Positions 1 to 9,297 of a stretch of 43,407 nucleotides of DNA are shown in pieces (within the stretch, counting starts at the first letter, position 1; each line of letters begins with the position of its first letter). The notes beneath the pieces are model-generated. The model searched no databases. It was given only the letters and a program-made list of their open reading frames with translations, and was not told where the DNA came from. This DNA comes from Mycobacterium phage phiT45-1: the sequence record MW570842.1, one strand, 5' to 3'. Position numbers and translations under genes: made by a program.

Positions 1-68
1 GGCTCCCTTTTCGCAAACGCCGTTGGACCTGAACATATCCCGCGACCGCTGTACAGGAGGCGTGTCCC

Positions 69-524
69 ATGCCTGACGTACACAATCGCACCCGATACCT
101 GGCTGGTTGTCGCTGTGACCAGTGCAAACTCGCCAATTCGGAGTACCGCAAGGAGCTCCGGCAGCGGAAGAAGGGCGCGGAACAGTCCGGACGCAAATTG
201 GCGTCCGTGCGGTCGATGCCAGCAAACGCCGGTGGCGAGCAGAGCGCGCCGCGAGCCCCGGTGATCGGCGACGTACAGCAGGGCGTGATAGCTGAGATCG
301 ACACACTCGGGGTCGCCGCGTCGCGGCCCGGCCTGGTGGCCACGGCGTACGCGCTGGCGCGAGTACTCGACAACCAGCTGGCCATCGCGCAGCACCCCTC
401 GGCGGCCCGCCAGCTCTCCGAACTGATGGACAAGCTGCGCAAGAGCGGCAGTGTCGGCAAGGGCAAGCTCGCCGCTGTGCGGGCGATGACCCGCCAGACC
501 GGAACCGGCGAGGCCACGGGTTGA
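69..524 (+). CDS. putative terminase small subunit / DNA-binding protein (151 aa)
   Basis: First ORF, preceded by SD-like CAGGAGG. Basic N-terminus with a Cys cluster (CRCDQC). It sits directly upstream of the large terminase and overlaps it by 4 nt. The assignment rests on position only. Confidence 0.4.
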   Translation: MPDVHNRTRYLAGCRCDQCKLANSEYRKELRQRKKGAEQSGRKLASVRSMPANAGGEQSAPRAPVIGDVQQGVIAEIDTLGVAASRPGLVATAYALARVLDNQLAIAQHPSAARQLSELMDKLRKSGSVGKGKLAAVRAMTRQTGTGEATG

Positions 525-2089
525 GTACCGCGTGCGCAGAGCGCATTCTCGGATGCACCGAGCCGCGCATCTTCACCCCGCCGCGCCGTGAGTTGACCCC
601 GCAGACCTCGCACGGGTTCGCGTGCATCGCGTTCGCCGAGCAGCTGCTCGGGCTGCGGTTGTTCCCGTGGCAAGAGTGGCTGCTCATTCACGCGCTGGAG
701 CTCAACGAGGACGGCACCTACCGATTCCGGTTCGTCATCGTCGAGGTGGCCCGGCAAAACGGCAAGTCGCTGATTCTGCTCGTGCTGGCGCTGTGGCACC
801 TGTACGCGCTCGATTCCAAGATGGTCATCGGCACCGCGCAGGACCTGGCCCGCGCCGAGAAGGCATGGGACGAGGCCGTGCAGTGGGCCGAGGGCGACGA
901 GGAACTGGCGCACTTCATCGAGAAGGTGGACCGAGGCCACCCGAAGATGTTGCGGCTGGCCAAGACTGACGAGACCCCATGGTTCCGCGACTATCAGGTG
1001 GCCGCTGCCACTCGTCGCGGCGGTCGCGGCTTCTCCGGCGACTTGATTCTGCTCGACGAGCTGCGCGAGCACACCAACTGGGAATCGTGGGCGGCCGTCA
1101 CCAACGCGATGAACGCCCGTCCCCGTGGTCAGGCGTGGGCGTTCTCCAACGCTGGAGATGCGATGTCCATCGTTCTGCGCTGGCTGCGCACCACGGCACA
1201 CCAGGGGCTCGGGTGGCCCGACGGCGACGCGGACGCGGCGGTACTCGGCGAGCTCGACGCCGAGATGGAGGAATACCTCGCCGAGCACGCCGACGAGGAA
1301 ATGACCGGCTGGTTTGAATGGTCAGCACCCCCCAAGGCCAAGCGCACCGACCGGCAAGCATGGGCACAGGCCAATCCCTCGATGAATCACACTGAAATCA
1401 CCGAGGATTGCGTCACCGAGCGGGCCATCGCCGGGGCACTGCGGGGCAACCCGCCGCACATGTTCGAGACCGAGGTGCTGTGCCGGTGGGTCTCGATGTC
1501 CGACGCCGGACCGTTCCCCGAGAGTTCGTGGGCCGACACGCTGGACAACACCGCACGCCCCGCCGAGGGCAGTCCTCGAGTTGTGTGCGTGGACGTTTCC
1601 TGGTCACGCACCCACGCCTATGTCGCGCGGGTAGGCCTAGACGATGACGGCAAGCCGGTGGCCGGCATAAGCGCCGACCGCTCCGGAACCGATTGGGTGA
1701 TCCCCTGGCTGGTCGAACACCAGGACGGTTTCGCCGCCGTGGTCATGCAATCCAACGGTGCCCCCGTCACGTCGCTGATCGAGGACGCCAAGGCCGAAGG
1801 CCTCAACGTGATCGAGTGGGGCGGCGCTGATCTGGGGATCGCCACCGGCAAGGTCTGGGACCACATGAACGAGCGCACCCTGCGCCACCTGGAACACCCC
1901 GGCCTCGACGCGGCGGCTACCAGCGCCGCCATCAAAGTACTCGCGCAAGGTGCGTGGGTCATCGACCGAGCCAAATCGCCCACCGACGCCGCACCACTGC
2001 AAGCCGTCATCGGCGCGGTATGGGGACTGGAAACACTTGAGCCGGAGAGTCGTTCGGCCTACGAGGACGAGGAGCTGATGATTGTTTAA
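521..2089 (+). CDS. terminase large subunit (522 aa)
   Basis: Size and position upstream of portal. P-loop-like VARQNGKS segment followed by an acidic LILLDE motif (Walker B-like). It overlaps its neighbours in the ATGA style. Confidence 0.8.
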   Translation: MSTACAERILGCTEPRIFTPPRRELTPQTSHGFACIAFAEQLLGLRLFPWQEWLLIHALELNEDGTYRFRFVIVEVARQNGKSLILLVLALWHLYALDSKMVIGTAQDLARAEKAWDEAVQWAEGDEELAHFIEKVDRGHPKMLRLAKTDETPWFRDYQVAAATRRGGRGFSGDLILLDELREHTNWESWAAVTNAMNARPRGQAWAFSNAGDAMSIVLRWLRTTAHQGLGWPDGDADAAVLGELDAEMEEYLAEHADEEMTGWFEWSAPPKAKRTDRQAWAQANPSMNHTEITEDCVTERAIAGALRGNPPHMFETEVLCRWVSMSDAGPFPESSWADTLDNTARPAEGSPRVVCVDVSWSRTHAYVARVGLDDDGKPVAGISADRSGTDWVIPWLVEHQDGFAAVVMQSNGAPVTSLIEDAKAEGLNVIEWGGADLGIATGKVWDHMNERTLRHLEHPGLDAAATSAAIKVLAQGAWVIDRAKSPTDAAPLQAVIGAVWGLETLEPESRSAYEDEELMIV

Positions 2090-2291
2090 GCGTAAGCATC
2101 CCGCAGTAGGGCGTGAGGCCGTATGGAACCTGCACTCTGGTAGCACAATTCGTGGTGTCCTCGTGAAAGAGGCAGGCCCGAAGCTGATCTTGCGCGCGGC
2201 CAGCGTGTACGAGCCTGGCCAGGAATGGATACCGGCTGATGGCGAGATCATCATCGACTCCGGCAACGTGGACTACGTACAGGTCCCCTGA
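2082..2291 (+). CDS. hypothetical protein (69 aa) between terminase and portal
   Basis: ORF overlapping the terminase stop. The N-terminal codons are AT-richer than the neighbouring genes and third-position GC is lower. Confidence 0.45.
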   Translation: MFKRKHPAVGREAVWNLHSGSTIRGVLVKEAGPKLILRAASVYEPGQEWIPADGEIIIDSGNVDYVQVP

Positions 2292-3589
2292 TGGGCATCA
2301 CGGTTAGCGGTGGTACCCCGATCCCCATCGGTACGCCATGGTCTCGGTACTCCCCGATCCAGCAGCGCATCGACATCTCGCCGTTCCTATCACTGGAGTA
2401 TTTCGAGATCTGGCGCCTACAACCCTCGGTGCGGCGCGTGGTGTCGTTCCTGGCGCGCAACATCGCCCAACTCGGCATCGGGGTATTCGAGCGCCAGTCA
2501 GAGGCCGAGCGAGCCAAGGTGTTCGAGCACCCCCTGGCCAAACTGCTGTACCGGCCCAACCCCAAGATGACGCCGTATCGGTTCAAGTCAACGCTCATCC
2601 ATGATCTGGGCATCTACGACGTTGCCTATTGGCGCAAGCTGCGTGTTGGATCCAAACTGGTTGGCCTCCAGCACCTACCGCCCCGGCTGGTGACCCCGGA
2701 CAACTACAACTCGCCGGGCCTGTCCCCCACCGCTTTCAAGGTCGCCGGTCCCGCTGGCAGTGCCGGTGAAGTCATCCCCGCTGATGACGTGTTCTATGTG
2801 CGCGGGTACGGCGGCATCTACGACATCGGCATTTCGCCGCTGGAGTCGCTGCGTCAAATCCTGCGCGAAGAGTGGTCGGCCAGCGACATGCGCGACCAGA
2901 TCATGCGCAACGGCGCCCGCATGTCCGGATACCTTTCCCGGCCCAAGGAGGCCCCCGCGTGGACCAAGGAGGCCCGCGCGAAGTTCAAGGAGTCGTGGCG
3001 TTCTCAGTACGCGGGGGCCGACGCCAGCCAAGCGGGCGGCACCCCAGTGCTGGAGGACGGCATGACGTTCGTTCAGGCCAGCCAAACCGCAAAAGACTTG
3101 CAGTACATCGAGGGCCGCAAGCTCACCGACGAAGAGGTATGTCGGTCCTACTTCATCCCGCCGCCCATGATCGGCATCCTGGACCGGGCCACGTTCGCCA
3201 ACATCACCGAGCAGCACGCCATGTTGTACCAAGACACCCTCGGCCCTCTGCTCGAACAGATCGAGGACGAGATCGACCTCCAGCTGCTCCCCGAGCTGGA
3301 GCCTGTGACGCCAGAGCGATTCTTCTGCGAGTTCAACCTGCGCGAGAAGCTGACGGGCAATTTCAAGGACCGTGCCGGGATCATGCAGACCGCCGTCGGC
3401 GGACCCTGGCTGACCATCAATGAGGCACGCGCCCTGGACAATCGGCCACCCGTGGAGGGAGGCGACGACCTGATCAAGCCCCTGAACCTCACTCAGAACG
3501 GCGACCGCAACCCGATACCGGCTGACGACCAGGCCCCGGAGCAACCGGCTGACAACGAAGCCACCGACGAACTCGACGACGACGAGTAA
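2291..3589 (+). CDS. portal protein (432 aa)
   Basis: Size and position between terminase and prohead protease. Acidic C-terminal tail (DELDDDE). Typical of an HK97-family portal. Confidence 0.75.
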   Translation: MGITVSGGTPIPIGTPWSRYSPIQQRIDISPFLSLEYFEIWRLQPSVRRVVSFLARNIAQLGIGVFERQSEAERAKVFEHPLAKLLYRPNPKMTPYRFKSTLIHDLGIYDVAYWRKLRVGSKLVGLQHLPPRLVTPDNYNSPGLSPTAFKVAGPAGSAGEVIPADDVFYVRGYGGIYDIGISPLESLRQILREEWSASDMRDQIMRNGARMSGYLSRPKEAPAWTKEARAKFKESWRSQYAGADASQAGGTPVLEDGMTFVQASQTAKDLQYIEGRKLTDEEVCRSYFIPPPMIGILDRATFANITEQHAMLYQDTLGPLLEQIEDEIDLQLLPELEPVTPERFFCEFNLREKLTGNFKDRAGIMQTAVGGPWLTINEARALDNRPPVEGGDDLIKPLNLTQNGDRNPIPADDQAPEQPADNEATDELDDDE

Positions 3590-3602
3590 GGGAGTACCAC
3601 CC

Positions 3603-4382
3603 ATGCGCACCAAAATGGCGAATATACAAATCAAGGCCGGACCCGACGACGGGCTCGCTGAAGGTCAGTTCACCGCGTACGCCAGCGTATTCAGCAACAT
3701 CGACAGCTACGGCGACGTGGTAGTCAAGGGCGCATTCGCCAACTCCCTTGCCGAATGGGCGAAGTCGGGCAGTCCGATACCGCTTCTGTTCGGGCACAAC
3801 ATGTCCGATCCGGACTACAACATCGGGCACGTCGAGTCCGCGGTGGAGGACGAGCACGGACTGCTCGTTACCGCGCAGATCGACACCTCCAACCCCAAGG
3901 GGTTGCAGGTGTACAAGATGCTCAAGGGCCGCCGCGTCAATCAGATGTCGTTCGCCTACGACATTCTCGACGGCGGCATGGCCGAGCGGCCCAAGGCCGG
4001 TGCGACCGTCGGCGAGGACGGCACCGTGCCCACCGAATCGTTCTACGAGCTGCGCGAACTCAAGCTCTACGAGGTGTCGGTGGTGACCATCGGCGCCAAC
4101 CAGGACACCGAGATCCTTGCCGTCAAGGCACGCGAAATCGCAGCGGACACCAAGGCTGGCCGCGTGCTGTCGGCCAAAAACGAGAGCGAACTACGAGACG
4201 CACACGAGGCCATCAGCCGTGTGCTCTGCACTCTCGGCAGCACACCTGACGAGGACAAGGCCAGCGAATCCGGCCCGTCTGAGCCAGCGCCCGAAGCGGC
4301 GCCCGTTCAGGCCAACCGCAAGTCGCCCGTCGCATCCTCGGCGCACAAGTTGATCGAGCTGGAACTAGCCAGCGCGATCTAA
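3603..4382 (+). CDS. capsid maturation (prohead) protease, HK97 family (259 aa)
   Basis: N-terminal motif AYASVFSNIDSYGDVVVKGAFANSL and the HNMSD..IGH region are characteristic of HK97 gp4-type prohead proteases. It lies between portal and capsid. Confidence 0.75.
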   Translation: MRTKMANIQIKAGPDDGLAEGQFTAYASVFSNIDSYGDVVVKGAFANSLAEWAKSGSPIPLLFGHNMSDPDYNIGHVESAVEDEHGLLVTAQIDTSNPKGLQVYKMLKGRRVNQMSFAYDILDGGMAERPKAGATVGEDGTVPTESFYELRELKLYEVSVVTIGANQDTEILAVKAREIAADTKAGRVLSAKNESELRDAHEAISRVLCTLGSTPDEDKASESGPSEPAPEAAPVQANRKSPVASSAHKLIELELASAI

Positions 4383-4408
4383 ATCCAAAGAATCAGAAGG
4401 AGATTCAC

Positions 4409-5704
4409 ATGTCTGCACGACTGTTGCAGCTCAAGGAGCGCGCCGACGCGGCACTCAAGACGGCGCGCGACATCGCAGAGAAGGCCGAGGCCGAAGGTGG
4501 CCGCGACTTCAAGGACAACGAGCAGGTCGAGTACAACACCGCCGTGGCGGCCGCCAAGGACATCTTGGAAGCCATCAAGGCGGTCAAGGCCGATGAGGCA
4601 ATCTTGGCCGAGGCCAAGACCTTTGCCGACAACATCGGCGTCCCGGAAACCAAGGGCGGCCATGCCGAGCTCAATTTGAGCCTCGGTACGACCGTGATCC
4701 AGTCGCCGGAGTTCAAGGCGATGATGGATCGGTTCAAGACCGGCAATGGCGAGTTCCGCATCCCGGACCGCGCCAAAATCCAGTCCGACGCGATCTCGCT
4801 CAAGTCGTTGTTCGTGGGTCAGTCCCGCACCAGCGCTGGCGCGTTCATCGTCCCGGACCGCACCGACATTGTGGAGATGCTGGGCCGTCGGCCGTTGCGT
4901 CTGCGCGATCTGTGCGCCAAGCGTCGCACCACCTCCGATGTGGTGGAGTACGTGCGCGAGACCAGCCACACCAACAACGCCGCTCCGGTTCCGGAAGCCA
5001 GCAGCGCAGCGGCGCCCACCGCGCCCGGCTCGGCCGGCCCACTGGTGACCGATCCGAACGGCGGCTACAAGCCCGAGGGCTCGTGGGCATTCGAGGTCAA
5101 GCAGGCCACGGTCAAGACCATCGCCGAGTGGGTGCCGGTCTCCAAGCGGGCACTTGCCGACGTGGCGCAGCTGGAGGGCCTGATCAACGATGAGCTCCAG
5201 CTCGATATCGCCGAGGCCGAGGACAACCAGTTTCTCAACGGCAACGGCGTGGGTGAGAACCACACCGGCATCCTGAACACCTCCGGCATCCAGACGCAGG
5301 CGTTCACGACCGACATCTTCACCTCCCTGCGCAAGGCGATCACGAAGCTGCGCACCGTGGGCCGCGTGCAGCCGAACGCGATCCTGGTCTCTCCGGCAGT
5401 CAAGGAGCAGATCGAGCTCACCAAGGACGAGATGGGCCGGTACTACTACGCCGGACCATTCAACACCGGAGTGACCACCTTGTGGGGTCTGCCGGTCGTC
5501 GATTCGGAGATCATGCCCGACACGCACGCTCTGCCCGGCGACTTCTCCAAGGCCGTCATCTGGGACCGCGAGCAGACCAGCATCACCATGACCGACTCGC
5601 ACGCGGACTTCTTCATCCGCAACCTGGTGGCGGTGCTGGCCGAGGAGCGCAACGCGTTCGGTGTCACCCGCCCGCCCGCCTTCTGCAAGACGGCGGTGGC
5701 CTGA
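4409..5704 (+). CDS. major capsid protein, HK97 fold (431 aa)
   Basis: Strong SD AGAAGGAGA 5 nt upstream of the ATG. N-terminal coiled-coil (delta/scaffold-like) region followed by a capsid-like body. It follows the protease. Confidence 0.8.
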   Translation: MSARLLQLKERADAALKTARDIAEKAEAEGGRDFKDNEQVEYNTAVAAAKDILEAIKAVKADEAILAEAKTFADNIGVPETKGGHAELNLSLGTTVIQSPEFKAMMDRFKTGNGEFRIPDRAKIQSDAISLKSLFVGQSRTSAGAFIVPDRTDIVEMLGRRPLRLRDLCAKRRTTSDVVEYVRETSHTNNAAPVPEASSAAAPTAPGSAGPLVTDPNGGYKPEGSWAFEVKQATVKTIAEWVPVSKRALADVAQLEGLINDELQLDIAEAEDNQFLNGNGVGENHTGILNTSGIQTQAFTTDIFTSLRKAITKLRTVGRVQPNAILVSPAVKEQIELTKDEMGRYYYAGPFNTGVTTLWGLPVVDSEIMPDTHALPGDFSKAVIWDREQTSITMTDSHADFFIRNLVAVLAEERNAFGVTRPPAFCKTAVA

Positions 5705-5961
5705 TGACTCTGCGCGAGTACGAAGTGGCCACCGGCGACCCCTGGGGCCGCACAACCACCATCCAGCTCTCCGACGAGGACGCCAAGGCGCGCGGCTTGA
5801 TCCCGCACACCAAGGCCGACACCAAGGCTGACACCGAGGACGACGCTGGCGAGGGTGATAAGGGCGACAGCGGGGATGCTGGCGGCCAGAAGCAGGCCAA
5901 GGCACCGGCCAACAAGGCCGCGCCGAAGGCTCCCGCCCACAAGGGCAGCGCCGAGGCCTAA
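5704..5961 (+). CDS. hypothetical head-associated protein (85 aa), Lys/Asp-rich C-terminus
   Basis: ATG overlaps the capsid stop (ATGA). It is the downstream part of track ORF 5482..5961. High third-position GC. Confidence 0.45.
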   Translation: MTLREYEVATGDPWGRTTTIQLSDEDAKARGLIPHTKADTKADTEDDAGEGDKGDSGDAGGQKQAKAPANKAAPKAPAHKGSAEA

Positions 5962-6554
5962 TGCCCGAGCTGGACGAGGCTGCCGTCGAGCAGTACACGC
6001 AGGGGCGGCTGGTCGCCGATGATCCGGAGACTGGCCGCCTTCTGCGGGCAGCGCTGGCCGCTGCTCGTGCGTACTGCGGATGGCACGTGACGCCGGTCAA
6101 GACCGGCGACACGGTGGAGCTTGACGGGCCGGGCGGCAACACGCTGATGCTGCCCACCCTCAAGCTCATCTCGCTCGCCGAGATCCGCGAACGCAGCGCA
6201 CGCTACGGCGGGGCCACCGATGAGACGGTCTACGCCCCTGCCCAACTGGAGATCTCACGGCAGGGCATGGTCCGCAAGAGGCCCGGAATCGCACCCGGCC
6301 CGCCGTGGTGGACCCACGAGCTCGGTGCGTTGAGCGTCACGATGACCCACGGCTTCACCGACGACGAGGCCGCGAACTGGCAAGGCGCCATCTTGTCCAT
6401 GGTTGACCGGGTATCAACCATGATCGGCGGTGGCCCGTTCATCGGCATCGGCCCGTTCCAGTACGGGGCAACTACGTCGTCGAGCGCTCACTCACAATTC
6501 AGCGACGCCGAACGCGCCACGTTCGACCTCTACCGACTTGAGCCCACGCCGTGA
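5961..6554 (+). CDS. head-to-tail connector / adaptor protein (197 aa)
   Basis: Position after the capsid gene and overlapping starts. No diagnostic motif was seen. Confidence 0.5.
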   Translation: MPELDEAAVEQYTQGRLVADDPETGRLLRAALAAARAYCGWHVTPVKTGDTVELDGPGGNTLMLPTLKLISLAEIRERSARYGGATDETVYAPAQLEISRQGMVRKRPGIAPGPPWWTHELGALSVTMTHGFTDDEAANWQGAILSMVDRVSTMIGGGPFIGIGPFQYGATTSSSAHSQFSDAERATFDLYRLEPTP

Positions 6555-6901
6555 CCGAGTGGGTGACGGTCACCCCGCTTGGCGGCAAGGACCCCATTAC
6601 CGGCGACCAGCTGCCCGACGGCGCACCGCTGCGCCTGTTGGCCTACGAGGTTGCGCCCGGTAACACGCTGTTGCGGTTCGGGATTGGCGGCGACCTCGAC
6701 TCGGTGGAATTCACCACCTACCTGCCGTTGCGCCACCGCGGCGCGGGCGGGGTGTGGACAGCGACCGCAGCCGTGCTGGCCAAGCCGTTCCGCATCGAGG
6801 TACGCCACCGCAAATGCCTTGGCCGCATGCAGGAATGGAACTCACGTGGCCGGGGCGGTATCGCCGTGCTGTGTCACTCGGCAACCGGCAAGGGCACCTG
6901 A
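6551..6901 (+). CDS. head-to-tail stopper/connector protein (116 aa)
   Basis: Synteny and overlap with both neighbours. Confidence 0.5.
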   Translation: MTEWVTVTPLGGKDPITGDQLPDGAPLRLLAYEVAPGNTLLRFGIGGDLDSVEFTTYLPLRHRGAGGVWTATAAVLAKPFRIEVRHRKCLGRMQEWNSRGRGGIAVLCHSATGKGT

Positions 6902-7290
6902 TGCGTGTGCAGGCCGCCCCCGCGCCGCTGCTGCGCGCCTGGCTGGCCCCGAAGTTCTCCGGCGTGACCGTCGCCGACGCGGTGCCCGACGAATGGACAC
7001 CCGACGAGGCGCCGGTCATCGTGCTTGCCGACGACGGCGGCCCCGTCGTCGTGGCCTGGTCCGGGCAGATCGTGCGGTCCTATCACGTCATTCGCATCAC
7101 CGCGCGCGGACGAGTCCGTACCGCCGTCGGTGAACTCGCCCGCATAGCGGCGGGCCACCTGTCCACCGCCCGCCTGCCGGGCATCAAGGTCCACGGCGTC
7201 GGCCCGGTACTGGAGTCTCGAGACCCCAAGACCGGGGCGGCGCTCGCCTCCACGCTGGTCAATGTCCAAGCACGAGCCAGGCAGATCTGA
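6901..7290 (+). CDS. head-tail joining / tail terminator-like protein (130 aa)
   Basis: Internal ATG of track ORF 6754..7290 that overlaps the upstream stop (CTGATG). Synteny. Confidence 0.45.
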   Translation: MRVQAAPAPLLRAWLAPKFSGVTVADAVPDEWTPDEAPVIVLADDGGPVVVAWSGQIVRSYHVIRITARGRVRTAVGELARIAAGHLSTARLPGIKVHGVGPVLESRDPKTGAALASTLVNVQARARQI

Positions 7291-7541
7291 TGGCCAAGAG
7301 CCCGACGTTCAAGCTCAACAAGAAGGCCATCGCCGAACTAGCCAAAGGCGCAGCCGCACAGGCCGTTGTCACATCGGTTGCCAACGACATTGCGGCCGCT
7401 ACCGGCATCGAGGCCGAGGTCGTCGAGTACACCACCGACCGCGCCGTGGCTGCGGTCAAGGTCCGCGCGTTCGACCAGGCCGCCGACGGCGTGCTCTCCC
7501 GCGCTGCTGCCAGCGCCGGAATTCACATCGCTACCAAGTAG
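7290..7541 (+). CDS. hypothetical structural protein (83 aa)
   Basis: ORF immediately upstream of the major tail protein gene. Ala-rich. Confidence 0.5.
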   Translation: MAKSPTFKLNKKAIAELAKGAAAQAVVTSVANDIAAATGIEAEVVEYTTDRAVAAVKVRAFDQAADGVLSRAAASAGIHIATK

Positions 7542-7640
7542 GCGGCCCAGTACCGCAACAAGTTTCACCGACCACCACAGGGGTTGTCGGTGTTTGTCCG
7601 TGCGCGCCGTCGCCCGGACTCGACAAGAAGGAGAATCACA

Positions 7641-8195
7641 ATGGCCGGCAATGCCGACAACGTGAAGCTGTGGGACGGCGCTGATGTGCTGATCTACACG
7701 GGCACGGATAGTCCGTACGACATCACCTCGCCAGCGACCGCCAACAACCTGCCCGCGACGATCACCGACCCGTGGCCCGCACTGTGGAAGTACGTCGGCC
7801 TCCTGCACGGCGACAACGGTTTCGAGAACACCCGCGAGTGGAATGAAACCGACATCACCGCATGGGGTTACGGCGTGGTCAAGGTGGCCAGCAAGAACCT
7901 CAAGGTGGAACGCAAGTTCACTGCCTTGGAGGACAACGAGACCACTACATCACTGATTTGGCCGGGGTCCACGGACACGGCAATCGTGGTCCCCAAGCCC
8001 GCCAGCCGCTTTATCGCGTTCCAGCTGGTTGACGATCTCGGTCACACCACGCGCTACATCTCCAAGCTGCGTTCGCGCATCTGGGCGCCCAACGCCAACG
8101 AAAAGGAAGGCGCCGCAGACGGATACGGGTTCACCGCCCGCATCTTCCCCAATAGCAACAAGGAGCTGTTCGCGCTCCAGAAGTCGGCGGCATAG
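7641..8195 (+). CDS. major tail protein (184 aa)
   Basis: Internal ATG of ORF 7584..8195 preceded by the strong SD AAGAAGGAGAA. This is the same SD plus TCACAATG context as the capsid gene. It lies upstream of the chaperone/frameshift pair. Confidence 0.65.
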   Translation: MAGNADNVKLWDGADVLIYTGTDSPYDITSPATANNLPATITDPWPALWKYVGLLHGDNGFENTREWNETDITAWGYGVVKVASKNLKVERKFTALEDNETTTSLIWPGSTDTAIVVPKPASRFIAFQLVDDLGHTTRYISKLRSRIWAPNANEKEGAADGYGFTARIFPNSNKELFALQKSAA

Positions 8196-8197
8196 CC

Positions 8198-8458
8198 ATG
8201 ATCCGAGTGGAGCTGACCAAGGAAACAGAGCATTTCCCCGCTGGCGCGGTCATCGCGGTCGATGAGAACTCAGCCAAGGCGCTCATTGCCCGCAAGGAGG
8301 CCAAGCTCGTTGGCGAGGTCGAGCCCGAGGTCGTCGAATCGGGCGGCGAACGGGCGCGGGCCATCAACGCCGCCGCCAAGGCCGACACCGAAGCCGAGAC
8401 TGAAGGCGAGGACCCGCCGAAGAACGAAGCCCGCAGCACCGCAAAGGGTTCCAAGTAA
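8198..8458 (+). CDS. hypothetical protein (86 aa)
   Basis: ORF between the major tail gene and the chaperones. Followed by a 12-bp stem-loop. Confidence 0.45.
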   Translation: MIRVELTKETEHFPAGAVIAVDENSAKALIARKEAKLVGEVEPEVVESGGERARAINAAAKADTEAETEGEDPPKNEARSTAKGSK

Positions 8459-8545
8459 CCACAGCCGTCACCCCGCGCCGTTTCCCTCGGCCCGGCGCGG
8501 GGTGGCTTCACCTGTCAATGCCGGGGAGCCGAGGGAGAATCTGAA

Positions 8546-8833
8546 ATGGCAAAACAGACAACAAGTCCGGCCGAGGCCGAGGCGAAGGGCATCGAGACTC
8601 AGCAGGTCGCCTACGGCGGCCACGCCTACGAAGTGCCTGCCACGGTGGATGATTGGCCGATTGAAGCGCTGGAGGCAGCCGAACGAGGACTACCATCCAC
8701 GCTGCTGCGAAGCGTGCTCGGACCGGCACAGTACGGCGCGTTCAAGGCGCGGCACAACACCGTCAAGGATCTGCGGGCGCTCTCCGACGCCATCGCCGAA
8801 GCGTCCGGATTCACCGCCGCGCTGGGAAACTAG
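8546..8833 (+). CDS. tail assembly chaperone (95 aa), upstream (G-like) product
   Basis: It sits immediately upstream of the tape measure gene. The slippery heptamer G GGA AAC lies in the zero frame 3 nt before its TAG stop. Confidence 0.7.
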   Translation: MAKQTTSPAEAEAKGIETQQVAYGGHAYEVPATVDDWPIEALEAAERGLPSTLLRSVLGPAQYGAFKARHNTVKDLRALSDAIAEASGFTAALGN

Positions 8834-9297
8834 TTGCGCCAGTGATCCGCGCAGTGCCTCCGACATGTGTTGCACTGCGCGGGTTTCTGGCCCTGCTCCG
8901 GTTCCACTGCGATCTCGTCGAGGCCGACCTTTCGACGTTCCATCACATCGACTACCGGGACCGCTGGCGTCGGGACTCCGAGGGGATACGGCGGCTCACG
9001 CTGCGCATGATCCATGTCCGCGTGACCCACCTACCCGCCACATCGGCTCTGTCCCTGCACTTTTCCAACGGCAAATCAGCGTGGGACCTACACGCTCACC
9101 TCATGGCCGACATGGTGACCGCCTGGACCGGACACCAGTACGACCGCAACGGCGAGCATGCCCACGCGCAGAAGCAAGCCACCGAGCGCCGGGAGAAACG
9201 GCGCGAGTCAGCCCGCAAACGCGCACGAGCGCACAACAGCCGAACGGTGGCCGATGACATCGCCAGAGCCAAACGCAACGCCAGAGGGGGTCAATGA
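8546..9297 (+). CDS. tail assembly chaperone, -1 frameshift fusion product (GT-like); slip at 8824..8830
   Basis: The -1 frame is open from the slip site into track ORF 8842..9297, which ends overlapping the tape measure ATG. This is the canonical G/GT arrangement. Confidence 0.6.
8824..8830 (+). promoter_or_regulatory. -1 programmed ribosomal frameshift slippery heptamer GGGAAAC
   Basis: X XXY YYZ heptamer in frame with 8546..8833. The downstream -1 frame stays open to 9297. Confidence 0.6.

Noticed and set aside
4379-6169. 596-aa ORF on the - strand antisense to the major capsid gene, with other long antisense ORFs (2675..3634, 9101..9907, 9555..10319, 11331..12179, 37575..38226)
   Set aside because: These are typical spurious open frames in high-GC DNA. 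Their translations are Arg/Pro/Gly-rich low-complexity sequence, they overlap well-supported structural genes and they lack RBSs.
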